Source: a virus (lineage: Duplodnaviria > Caudoviricetes). From it: a stretch of DNA of 51,105 nucleotides. The notes beneath the pieces were generated by a model. It worked only from the letters and a program-made list of their open reading frames with translations. It ran no database searches and had not been told where the DNA came from. The position numbers were made by a program, and so were the translations under genes. Of this stretch, positions 31,234 to 40,407 are shown in pieces. The stretch covers positions 1 to 51,105 of the IMG/VR virus record IMGVR_UViG_3300024331_000096. One strand, 5' to 3'. Numbering within the stretch: position 1 is the first letter of the stretch; every line of letters begins with the position of its first letter.

Positions 31234-32334
31234 GTGATAGTTGACAGGGCGTGCTACTGCACGCGGGAACAAGTGCGCCGAGCACTAGACGTCAAGTTGG
31301 CGTCTTACTCCAACGACCAGGTTGACCGCGCCATCGTGTCGGCCGCGGAAGTTGTTGAGGGATTCGCTCAGCGCAAGTTCTATCCTCACGATCGCACTGC
31401 GAAGTTTGACTGGCCCAACTACTCTCTCGCCTACCCCTGGCGGATATGGCTCGAGAACAATGAGCTAGCTGCCCCGGCCACGTCGATCGTTTCTGGAACT
31501 TTTCTGCCTGTCCCTGTTGTGATCCCTATCAACGCAGTCATCTTCCAGCCCGTAAACACGGGTCCTCCCTTTACGAGCATTGAGCTACGGCGCGATCTCA
31601 ACAACGCTTTCGGATCTGGGCAGACCCCGCAGCTTGATGTCGGCATTACAGGAACGTTCGGCTACTGGACCAATACTCGGCCTGCGGGAACCCTGGCCGT
31701 TGCCTGCAACGCTGGCGATGCGACGATCACCGTGTCTGACGCGGTGTCCATTGGCGTGGGCGACTTGCTGATCGCAGGTTCTGAGCGCATGATTGTGACA
31801 GACTCTAACTTCATTGATACCACGATCGCGTTTTCCGGCCTGTCTAACGCTTCAGCGCAGGACAATATTGTCATGGTGCCTGACGGGACGAAGTTCACCG
31901 TTGGCGAAGTTATCATGGTGGATGCCGAGTGGATCCTGATCTTGCAGATCCTGGGAAATACGATGGTTGTCAAGCGGGCTTGGGACGCTAGCATCCTGGC
32001 CGGGCACACTGGGGGCACCCTATGGGCTAGGCGGAGCCTGAGCGTGCTACGTGGCGTTCTGGGCACCACTGCGGCCAGTCATTCGCAGAACCTCGCGCTC
32101 ACGGTCAACGCCGTGCCCGGACTTGTTCGGCAGCTAGCCATTGCCGAGGCTGAGGTGTGGATCACTCAGGAGCCCGGTGCGTACGGAGGAGCTAGTGCAC
32201 CAGCCAAGCTCGTGTCTGTGAATCGTGGCGGCTTCGCTGTTGCTGAGCAGATCGCAGGTGCTGGTCTCCTTGACCTGCGTCAGCGTTTCGGCGAGTCCAA
32301 GTATGCTCGTAAGATAAGGAAGCGGGCGATATGA
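31234..32334 (+). CDS. Head-to-tail adaptor with inserted duplicated beta domain
   Basis: YCTREQVRRAL N-terminus, ITGTFGY, VPGLVRQLA; insert repeats VGD/E.I....E.M/I.V...V.R. Confidence 0.75.
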   Translation: MIVDRACYCTREQVRRALDVKLASYSNDQVDRAIVSAAEVVEGFAQRKFYPHDRTAKFDWPNYSLAYPWRIWLENNELAAPATSIVSGTFLPVPVVIPINAVIFQPVNTGPPFTSIELRRDLNNAFGSGQTPQLDVGITGTFGYWTNTRPAGTLAVACNAGDATITVSDAVSIGVGDLLIAGSERMIVTDSNFIDTTIAFSGLSNASAQDNIVMVPDGTKFTVGEVIMVDAEWILILQILGNTMVVKRAWDASILAGHTGGTLWARRSLSVLRGVLGTTAASHSQNLALTVNAVPGLVRQLAIAEAEVWITQEPGAYGGASAPAKLVSVNRGGFAVAEQIAGAGLLDLRQRFGESKYARKIRKRAI

Positions 32335-32801
32335 GCGGCATCACAATTCATTGCAGCATTCACGGTTCTCTCGTTGACGGAAGGGCCGAGCGGGAAGTTG
32401 ATCGGTTTAAGGCCCATGTCATTGATACTATCAGTGATGTCGCTGTTACGGACATTAGGAATTATCTGCCGACTCAGTACATGTACCTCGGGCATCACGG
32501 CGGTACGCCGCATACGAATCCGGTGCCCGCTAACGCTGGCGCTCTGGAGGCAGCTATTCACGCGGAGCATCAGTCTCCCAACGCTTCCCTTGTCACGGAC
32601 GACCCAATCACCTACGGAGCATGGATCGAGGGCATAGACTCAGCCAACATGATCATCTGGCCTCACCGCAGGAATCCGCCGCCAAGACGATTCCCGGGAT
32701 ACTTCACATTTCGCAAGATCGCTCAGATACTTCAGTCTGGGCGAGCAGGCGTCATCGCCGAGCAAGAGCTACCTCCTTATCTCACCGCCATGAATCTATA
32801 G
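32331..32801 (+). CDS. Neck/tail completion protein (HK97 gp10-like)
   Basis: GALEAAI...YGAWIEG...RFPGYFTFR; synteny. Confidence 0.65.
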   Translation: MSGITIHCSIHGSLVDGRAEREVDRFKAHVIDTISDVAVTDIRNYLPTQYMYLGHHGGTPHTNPVPANAGALEAAIHAEHQSPNASLVTDDPITYGAWIEGIDSANMIIWPHRRNPPPRRFPGYFTFRKIAQILQSGRAGVIAEQELPPYLTAMNL

Positions 32802-32809
32802 GAGAAACA

Positions 32810-33085
32810 ATGGACACCAAGTGCCTGAACTGCGTAGCGATCCACAAGAAGTTCCTTGCGGACCAAGCTCTCGGAACTATCGACGAGAAGTTTCCTGCTC
32901 CTGTCATCAAGACCGCGATTACCTGGGTTCCGGCCTGGCAGCAGCAGATTTTCGCCGGACAGATCGTCATGGCCTGCATCGCCGTTCCGGTGTGCGAGGA
33001 TCACGTCGAGGTGGCCGAGATGTCGCCGGAGCAGAAGGCAGTCCAGGGCGGGCGGCTTCTTCAGGGGACGGTGCAGCCGGGATGA
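32810..33085 (+). CDS. Hypothetical Zn-binding protein
   Basis: AGGAG RBS; CLNC...CEDH. Confidence 0.55.
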   Translation: MDTKCLNCVAIHKKFLADQALGTIDEKFPAPVIKTAITWVPAWQQQIFAGQIVMACIAVPVCEDHVEVAEMSPEQKAVQGGRLLQGTVQPG

Positions 33086-33342
33086 ACATGCCGCGTCAGC
33101 CCAACCGCAAGAAGTTCCTAGACGCTTCGCTCGGGCCAGTAGAGGCAGCGCTACTGGAGCGGGCTCGGCAGATGGACTCTGACATCGGGCGAAACCGAAT
33201 GAAGCAGCGCCTGATCAAGCAGTTCAGGATTCACGGTGCTGATCATCAAGGACAGGCCGACGCTTCTGCACTGGCCGGGGCGCTGTCGGACATATTCGCC
33301 GGAGAGCTCCGCGAGATAGCTGAGGAGTTGCATCACTGGTGA
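33082..33342 (+). CDS. Hypothetical protein
   Basis: ATGA coupling. Confidence 0.5.
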   Translation: MNMPRQPNRKKFLDASLGPVEAALLERARQMDSDIGRNRMKQRLIKQFRIHGADHQGQADASALAGALSDIFAGELREIAEELHHW

Positions 33343-33391
33343 AGTACAGATACTGCCACGAATCCCGTCTCTGCGAGAACGGTGAATTAAC

Positions 33392-33868
33392 GTGAACTTC
33401 AATGACGCCGCTGTGAACACGGTCTTCGACAAGGTCGTGAGCTACGCGCTGGCCAGCGGCAGATTTGATCACGTTAATCAGCACGAGCCGAAGAACGCTC
33501 CCGGAGATGGCATCGCGTGCTCCGTCTGGATCAATAAGATTGAGCCGTATCGGCAGGGCTCGGGCATTTCGGCAACTACGGGAATGGTTCAGCTAAACGC
33601 GAGGCTGTACACGAACTTCCGGCAGCAGCCATACGACATGATTGATCCGAACATCACGTCAGCTACTTGTGATCTTATCGGGGCGCTAACGTCAGACTTC
33701 AACTTCGGCGGAGACGCTGGCGTTCGCAACGTTGATCTTCTGGGCATGACGGGAAATCAGCTCTCTGCTCAGGCCGGGTACGTGGAGATCGACAAGCAGA
33801 TGTTCCGGGTCATGACGGTAGTGATCCCAGTGATCATCAACGACATGTTTGTGCAAGGAGCGACGTGA
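33392..33868 (+). CDS. Tail terminator
   Basis: FDHVNQHEPKNAP, DFNFGG.VRNVDLLG, FRVMTVVIPVIIND; synteny. Confidence 0.75.
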   Translation: MNFNDAAVNTVFDKVVSYALASGRFDHVNQHEPKNAPGDGIACSVWINKIEPYRQGSGISATTGMVQLNARLYTNFRQQPYDMIDPNITSATCDLIGALTSDFNFGGDAGVRNVDLLGMTGNQLSAQAGYVEIDKQMFRVMTVVIPVIINDMFVQGAT

Positions 33869-34515
33869 TGGTACAGGGTCCAGTAATGCTCGGGTATGTA
33901 AGCGGAGGTACGTGTCGTGTGGAGTTCCTGGGCGCAGTGCTCAATGCCGTGTCCGGACCCGATGCTGATCCAGCTATCGGTGGAGTCATCAGTTCCTCCG
34001 CAGGTCCCCTCGTGGCGCTTGCTCGTAACCTCCTCGCGGAGCAGTTTCTCACCTACGAGCTTGAGTGGCTGTGCATGGTTGACACCGACATCGTCTTTGC
34101 TCCAGATGCGGTGTCCCGCTTGCTGGAAGATGCTGACCCTATCCATCGGCCAGTCGTTAGCGCTCTGTACTACATCTTCGAAGATGGCCAGAAGATCCCG
34201 GCTGCGTATGTCAACATGAGCGAAGGCAGCGAGTTGGACATTCATCCGATCGAGGACATCAGGGACGACCAGATCGTCAGAGTGTTTAGTGTCGGTGCAG
34301 GCTTCTTGCTCGTGCATCGTAGCGTATTCGAGACGATCAAGAAGGATTCAGCCGGAGAACGGTGCTGGTTCAGAGAAGGCGTGATCGCGGGCCGGGACTT
34401 CGGCGAAGACGTGTCCTTCTGCATCCGGGCAGCCATCTCAGGATTTCCTGTCCACGTCAATACCGGCGTACAGGTCGGCCATATAAAGTCAGCAATGCTA
34501 GGTGAGGTGAAGTAA
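33865..34515 (+). CDS. GT-A (family 2-like) glycosyltransferase within tail genes
   Basis: ARNLLAEQFL, WLCMVDTDIVF (DxD), GAGFLLVHRSVF, GEDVSFC, GFPVHVNTGVQVGH. Confidence 0.85.
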   Translation: MMVQGPVMLGYVSGGTCRVEFLGAVLNAVSGPDADPAIGGVISSSAGPLVALARNLLAEQFLTYELEWLCMVDTDIVFAPDAVSRLLEDADPIHRPVVSALYYIFEDGQKIPAAYVNMSEGSELDIHPIEDIRDDQIVRVFSVGAGFLLVHRSVFETIKKDSAGERCWFREGVIAGRDFGEDVSFCIRAAISGFPVHVNTGVQVGHIKSAMLGEVK

Positions 34516-35480
34516 TGCCGAAAACAACAGGTCTAGGCGACAACTTCTACGCGGATAGCTTTGACCTGTCAGGCGACGTTGCCTCGCTTGACAAGATCAG
34601 CATGCCGCTTCAGCTTCTGGACGCAACCGCCATGACGCAGCGGGCGCACGCCCGGCTCAAGGGCAAGCGTGACGGAGCTATCAGCGCCACCGTGTTCATG
34701 GACACGAACTTCCCGGTTGTAGCGTCGCCAGGTGTACCTGCCTCGGGTACTCCGCTCGCTAGCACGTTCCCGTACGTGGTGCGCGTGACGATCACCGGCG
34801 GCACGATGACCAACGTCGTGATCAACGGTACGTCCGTGGGCTCTGGCGCAGGCACCTATGCGCTTCCGGCGTTCGGCACGATCACGCTGACGTACACGGT
34901 TGCGCCAACCTGGGTCTGGAGGTCGCTCGGTACGGAACACGACGCACTCGCGGGCCTGCCTTCTGCTGACACGATCTGCAGCTACTTCCAGGGTGTTACG
35001 TTCACGGCCAACAGTGTCGGCCAGCCCGCAGCCTCCATGGTTGCCAAGCAGACCAACTACGACCCTACGCGAGACGCGAACGGGAACATCTCGCTGAAGG
35101 TCGACTGGATGGCTAACGCCTTCGGCTTGGAGTGGGGGAAGCAGCTAACCCCAGGACCTCGTGTTGACAATGGGCCGACTACAGGGGCGTTCTTCGACCA
35201 GGGCGCAGGCACGGCGTTCGGGTGCCAGGCGTACCTCCACATCATCGAGCTCGTGGGTACTAATGTCCAGGTCACCATCACGCACGCCACGACATCTGGC
35301 GGCTCGTACACGACACTCATCGACTTCGGCAGCCAGACAGTTGTCGAGGGATATCGGCAGGCAACCTCAAACGTGACGACCGTGAACCAGTTCCTCAAAG
35401 TGGTGACCGCGGGGACGTTTACGCAGGCGATCATCGCTGTCAACTTCGTCCAGAACCCGGTGGCAGGAGTGGTGTTCTGA
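34515..35480 (+). CDS. Tail-tube-like protein with inserted and C-terminal domains
   Basis: N-terminal part aligns with 35960..36376 (MPK.TGL, D.T.M...A..RL....D, T.Y..TR). Confidence 0.65.
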   Translation: MPKTTGLGDNFYADSFDLSGDVASLDKISMPLQLLDATAMTQRAHARLKGKRDGAISATVFMDTNFPVVASPGVPASGTPLASTFPYVVRVTITGGTMTNVVINGTSVGSGAGTYALPAFGTITLTYTVAPTWVWRSLGTEHDALAGLPSADTICSYFQGVTFTANSVGQPAASMVAKQTNYDPTRDANGNISLKVDWMANAFGLEWGKQLTPGPRVDNGPTTGAFFDQGAGTAFGCQAYLHIIELVGTNVQVTITHATTSGGSYTTLIDFGSQTVVEGYRQATSNVTTVNQFLKVVTAGTFTQAIIAVNFVQNPVAGVVF

Positions 35481-35947
35481 TGTTCCAGCTACAGTCTCTA
35501 AGCGCTCATCCAAATCCCGTGGGCGGCGTGGAGCTCTACAAGTCGTACTCCGTGCTGGCTCCGCCTCGCTCGCACTTCCGCAAGGCAACGTGCGAGGAGT
35601 ATGAGTGCGACGGCTGGAAGTACGGGTTCGTCACGACAGTGGACCTGACTACCGACCTAGGCAAGAGGCAGTTTCACTTTCTAACGCACGACAAGAAGCG
35701 CACGTACAGTATGCAACGGGTTTCGCTGGAACTGGTGAAGTTCATCTATAAGCCCGGCACAATCTGCATGGCTTGGGATTCTCATCGGGTCCCTATCGGA
35801 CGACCTCCGCGGCTGTACGTTGCTGACGGAGATTGGCGGGGCAACCCTACGGGGAGGTTCCGTCGTCACGATCGCATAGAGCATTGGGTTGAGGACTTCG
35901 GAGAGAATCAACTCAAGCTCCTAGATCTATCCAAGATGAACTACTGA
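35480..35947 (+). CDS. Hypothetical tail-region protein
   Basis: Coupled start; ATCEEYEC, GDWRGNP. Confidence 0.65.
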   Translation: MFQLQSLSAHPNPVGGVELYKSYSVLAPPRSHFRKATCEEYECDGWKYGFVTTVDLTTDLGKRQFHFLTHDKKRTYSMQRVSLELVKFIYKPGTICMAWDSHRVPIGRPPRLYVADGDWRGNPTGRFRRHDRIEHWVEDFGENQLKLLDLSKMNY

Positions 35948-35959
35948 GAGGAATCGGCC

Positions 35960-36376
35960 ATGCCGAAGCTTACTGGTCTCAGCGGGACCCTGAAGGTCAC
36001 GGACGCTGCCACCACCTACCGCGACATCGGTACCGACATCACCAATTACACGTTCTCAACTCCGCGTGGTCTTGAGGACACGACCGGCATGAACAAGTTC
36101 GCCAACGAGCGCTTGCTGCTCCTGACGGACTTCACGGTCACCTTCAACGGCATCTTCGACAACGACCCGAACCTGAGCCACTCCGTGTTCAGCACGGTCA
36201 CCGGCACTTCGGTCACTCGGTCCGTGTCCATCGCGCCTACGTCGGTCACCACCACGCCGATCATCACGGTGAACTGCCTGATCACCGACTACCAGATCAC
36301 CCGAGCCAACACTGCGGAACTGACCTGGCAGGTTCCGGCCAGCCTCGCCGACGGCGCTGTTCCGGTGTGGGCCTAA
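35960..36376 (+). CDS. Major tail tube protein
   Basis: Highly expressed codon bias, beta-rich, immediately before the chaperone; followed by hairpin GTATGGG/CCCATAC. Confidence 0.75.
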   Translation: MPKLTGLSGTLKVTDAATTYRDIGTDITNYTFSTPRGLEDTTGMNKFANERLLLLTDFTVTFNGIFDNDPNLSHSVFSTVTGTSVTRSVSIAPTSVTTTPIITVNCLITDYQITRANTAELTWQVPASLADGAVPVWA

Positions 36377-36438
36377 GCCACATCTTCGTATGGGTTCTCG
36401 TATTGGTTCCCATACTTTGTCAGATCAAGGAGGACATC

Positions 36439-36864
36439 ATGGGATTCAGGCCACAGCCGACGATCTACAACCTGACGTTCGAGGGCACGGAACTCGACGG
36501 GCTGCACGTTCGCATGAGCTGCTGCACGATCAAGGAGAACGCGGAGATGCTCAAGGCATCTGTCCGCAACGACGAAACGCCCGGCGTGACGGCCCAGGAC
36601 CTGGAGGACAGCGACAGGATTATTGAGCTGTTCTGTGACCACCTCGTGTCGTGGGATCTCGAGGATCTGGCTGGACAAGCCGTGCCTACGAACCGCGAGG
36701 GCGTCGACGCTCAGGAGCGTACCCTGGTCGCTCAACTCATCAACGCCTGGCAGGTTGCGATGGTGAACGTCCCAAATCCCTCGAGGAACGAATCGAGCTC
36801 TGGAGGGACTTCGGAGGAAGAATCACTCGGTCTGGGGACGTCGTCGGAAAACCTTGGGAGCTAG
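36439..36864 (+). CDS. Tail assembly chaperone (G)
   Basis: AAGGAGG RBS; HLVSWDLED..GQAVP motif. Confidence 0.8.
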   Translation: MGFRPQPTIYNLTFEGTELDGLHVRMSCCTIKENAEMLKASVRNDETPGVTAQDLEDSDRIIELFCDHLVSWDLEDLAGQAVPTNREGVDAQERTLVAQLINAWQVAMVNVPNPSRNESSSGGTSEEESLGLGTSSENLGS

Positions 36865-37013
36865 AAGAAGCGGAGGTCATAATTGGCCTCTGCGACAGGT
36901 TCCAATGTCTTCCTAGAGAGGGCGGTGTTCTAGACCAGGACGCAGATATCATCCGCATGCTGAAGATCGTGGAAATCGGTAGGCCACTGGAAGGAGGAGA
37001 AGATGGCGAATGA
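36439..37013 (+). CDS. Tail assembly chaperone GT via -1 frameshift
   Basis: In-frame slippery heptamer C CCA AAT at 36771-36777; -1 frame open to 37013 (LCDRFQCLP..GGVLDQD). Confidence 0.75.
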
Positions 37014-40000
37014 AGTAAACATCACGATCACAGCGGATGATCTAACTGGAGCAGGCTTCGCTTCCGCCCTGGCCAAGATGAAGTTGTTCCAGAAGACTGC
37101 TGCGGACACTCAGCAAAAATTGAACGATCTTGGCGGGCCAAGGTTCAAGGCCTCAATGGGAAACTTGGCTAAGTCTGCTGACGACGCTTCTGGAAATAGC
37201 TCCGGAGGAGGACTTCGCGGACTGGGTTACTGGGGCGGCGGATTCTGGAACATGCTGGGTCGTCTCAATAGGCAGATCCCGCTGTTTGCCGGAGTGTTGA
37301 AGGGTGTTCCGTTCGTTTCTACTATCGGCGGATTTCACCTTCTTGGCGAGTCTGTGCTCGAGGCTGCGGCTGTCCTTATTCCGGCCTCGGCTGGATTCCT
37401 TGCGTTCGGTGCTGCGGCTATCGGCACTGTCATGGACATAAGCCGTTCCATGAAGTCGCTATGGATCACGACGCATGCCCTAAACATGAGCATCTATCCT
37501 CTGACTGGCAGTATGCAGAAGCTTGAGGATGCGGTTGCGCCTCAGGTATGGAGCCTATTTGGTGATCTCCTGATAATCGCTGGAGCCAAGACCGCGATCT
37601 TTACCAAGACAGCGAAGGAAGCTGGCTCTGTCGTACAGCAGCTCGGCGCACGCATGACAGTTGCACTGACCTCTGGCGGTCTTGATCAGTTCATGGCGAA
37701 CGCGGCTAAGGACCTGGCTGGCATTGGCAACTTCATCGGCAACATCTTCGGAATTATTGGGAACGTTCTTCACGCTGTGCCCGGCTACGCGGAGGTATTG
37801 CTGTCCGCACTAGACATGTTGAGCCATGGTCTAGAGTCAATAACAGGAAGTGCTATTGGTCAGTGGGCTTTGAAGCTGGGGCTCGCATTCCACGGTGCGG
37901 TGATCTGGCTAGGCATTGGTGCGACACTTGCTGTCAAGATGGGGGATGCACTGCTCGGGTTGGCTGCTAAGTTCGGGCTGGTGGATGCAGGCATGCTCGC
38001 GTTTGACGCCGCCGCGTTCGGTGGTGGCATCAAGCAGATGCTAGGGGGCATCGGTCTGCTGGTCGGAGAGCTATTCACTCTCGGAACTGCTGAAGGTCTA
38101 GCTACTGACGCAGCTCTAGCCATGGACGGAGCCATGGCCGCAGCAGGCGCGGTGAACCCCTTGGTCTGGGTCGGTGCAGCAGCGGTTGCTCTCGGCGCTC
38201 TGGTCTACTGGCTGGTCAAGGGCAGTAATTCTCTGAGCTCGTATAGTCAGGCGGCCAATGAAGCTCTCAAGAAGCAGCCGGTTACTCAGCTCGGCGTAAA
38301 CTTGACCAAGCAGATGGCTATAGCACAGAACCAGCTCAACAATACCCAGAAGACTTTTACGGTAACTAGCGGACGAACCGGACAGGTCGTTACTCAAACG
38401 ACACTGGCTTACAAGCAGCAAAGCAACGAGGTCGGAACTCTAAAGACATATTGGAGCAACTACAGTGCAGTTCTCAAAGCTGCTGGCGGAAACATTGGTC
38501 TAGTTAATGAAGCCGGAATTACGAGCAACGACATCCTGACAGCTAGCGGCCAGAGACTCAAGGAACTCGTTATTGAAGCGCAGGCCGCAGCGGATGCTCA
38601 GCGTGCTCTCGGCTTGGGCACTGGTCGTGCGGCTGCTGCGCAGAATGCTCAGAACAATATCTTCATGCAAGAGACCGTACCTGCTATGCAGAAGGTCATT
38701 ACGCAGGAAGACAATCTTATCCAGCTTCTTCTCGGCGGACAGGTAGCGTTCAACAACTTCCAGCAGTCCATTCAGGGCACCACCGCCAAGTTCAAGAATC
38801 CTTCTGGACTAGCTGAGGCTTTTAAGCTAGCTAAGGGAAACCTGGACGGCTTGAACCAGCAGAGCCTCGCGTTTTCCAACACCCTGTACTCTATCTCTAT
38901 TCCTGCGCTTCAAAAGATGACCGACGCACTTTCCCTAGAGGGTGCTTCAACTGCTGATCTGTCAAAGGTTGTTGCGACTGGTTCCGGAGAGATTCTGAAG
39001 TATGTCGGGCACAATAAAGAAGCGCGGGCTGTCATGGTCGCGTACATCAACAATGCGCTTGGCCCCGGCACTGTATCTCTGAAGACCCTGGACACGTGGG
39101 TAAAGAATAACTCCACGAGCCTGACGGGAATGAACAGTATCGTTGCAAAGAACGCGATCAACGCTGCGACGTTCACTGGTGTGCTCAAGGGCATGACAAC
39201 GCAGATGTTCCAGCAAGACCTACTTCTGTCCAACCATGTCAATAGGGACATGAAGAGATGGACAGACCTGATCGCGTCTTCCGGAGAGAACACTAATCGC
39301 ACCAGAAGCGCACGGCAGCAGCTAATCAAGGACCTTGAGAATTCCGGGTTCTCGGCTAGGGACGCCACAAGTTTCGTAAACGGTCTGCAAAGGAAGATCG
39401 ACGCACTGCACGGCAAGAGCGTCACTGTCAAGGTGTTCGCGTCCGGCGGTGGTGGCATGACGTTTACGCAGAAGGTTGCACAGTCCATTTCTTCCGGTGG
39501 ATTCTCGTTGCACTCCCTGGCAGCAGGTGGAAGGATCCCAGGATTTGGCGGTGGCGACACTGAGCCGGCTCTGCTAGAAAAGGGCGAGACTGTAGTTGAT
39601 AAGCACAAGTCTCGGAAGTTCGCCAATGTGTTCCGGGCTATGGGTGTCAAGGGTTACGCTAGCGGTGGTCTTGTCGGCGCGCCTCTGTGGGCTCAGGGAG
39701 TAGAGTCAAACTTCGTCAGTGCCGTAGAGAGAAGCTTCCTCGCCACTGAGGCTGCTCGCGCTAAGGCGGCTGTCCTGGCCAACGCGAAAGCGAAAGCTGC
39801 TGCTGCGAACTTCAATCCTTTTGGCGGCATTACTGGAGTTCCTTCGACAGGAGCGTTCAGTCAGTCCGCGGCAGTTGCTCAGGCATACGCTCGTAAAATC
39901 CTGTGGGCGTATGGCTGGGGCTTGAATCAGTTCCCACCTCTTCAGGCATTGTGGAATGGTGAGTCTGGCTGGCGCTGGAATGCCCTTAACCCCGGCTCTG

Positions 40001-40407
40001 GTGCGTACGGCATTCCTCAGTCATTGCCAGCGAGCAAGATGGCGTCGGCTGGTGCTGACTGGCGCACCAACTACCAGACTCAGATTCGCTGGGGTCTCGC
40101 ATATATCAAGCAGACTTACGGCACTCCTGCTAACACCTACTCCACATGGCTAGGCAGGAGCCCGCATTGGTACGACAGAGGCGGGTGGCTGGAGCCAGGA
40201 GCCAACCTGATGTGGAATGGTACCGGGAAGCGCGAGCACCTTTCGCGGGATAGCGGACCTGGCGCTCAGACTGTCATTGTTACGCTCAGTTTTGACGATA
40301 CGTTCCAGCAGGCTACCGGCTTGACTCCGGCTCAGTTGAAAAACATCAAGTACGCTGTTCGTGTTCTCGGCGGAGGCGACGTGCAGAAGGCGTTTGGTAA
40401 GAGCTGA
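37003..40407 (+). CDS. Tape measure protein with C-terminal lytic transglycosylase
   Basis: A/G-rich helical body with hydrophobic segments; LWNGESGW...SGAYGIPQ...NYQTQIRWGLAYIKQTYGTP. Confidence 0.93.
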   Translation: MANEVNITITADDLTGAGFASALAKMKLFQKTAADTQQKLNDLGGPRFKASMGNLAKSADDASGNSSGGGLRGLGYWGGGFWNMLGRLNRQIPLFAGVLKGVPFVSTIGGFHLLGESVLEAAAVLIPASAGFLAFGAAAIGTVMDISRSMKSLWITTHALNMSIYPLTGSMQKLEDAVAPQVWSLFGDLLIIAGAKTAIFTKTAKEAGSVVQQLGARMTVALTSGGLDQFMANAAKDLAGIGNFIGNIFGIIGNVLHAVPGYAEVLLSALDMLSHGLESITGSAIGQWALKLGLAFHGAVIWLGIGATLAVKMGDALLGLAAKFGLVDAGMLAFDAAAFGGGIKQMLGGIGLLVGELFTLGTAEGLATDAALAMDGAMAAAGAVNPLVWVGAAAVALGALVYWLVKGSNSLSSYSQAANEALKKQPVTQLGVNLTKQMAIAQNQLNNTQKTFTVTSGRTGQVVTQTTLAYKQQSNEVGTLKTYWSNYSAVLKAAGGNIGLVNEAGITSNDILTASGQRLKELVIEAQAAADAQRALGLGTGRAAAAQNAQNNIFMQETVPAMQKVITQEDNLIQLLLGGQVAFNNFQQSIQGTTAKFKNPSGLAEAFKLAKGNLDGLNQQSLAFSNTLYSISIPALQKMTDALSLEGASTADLSKVVATGSGEILKYVGHNKEARAVMVAYINNALGPGTVSLKTLDTWVKNNSTSLTGMNSIVAKNAINAATFTGVLKGMTTQMFQQDLLLSNHVNRDMKRWTDLIASSGENTNRTRSARQQLIKDLENSGFSARDATSFVNGLQRKIDALHGKSVTVKVFASGGGGMTFTQKVAQSISSGGFSLHSLAAGGRIPGFGGGDTEPALLEKGETVVDKHKSRKFANVFRAMGVKGYASGGLVGAPLWAQGVESNFVSAVERSFLATEAARAKAAVLANAKAKAAAANFNPFGGITGVPSTGAFSQSAAVAQAYARKILWAYGWGLNQFPPLQALWNGESGWRWNALNPGSGAYGIPQSLPASKMASAGADWRTNYQTQIRWGLAYIKQTYGTPANTYSTWLGRSPHWYDRGGWLEPGANLMWNGTGKREHLSRDSGPGAQTVIVTLSFDDTFQQATGLTPAQLKNIKYAVRVLGGGDVQKAFGKS

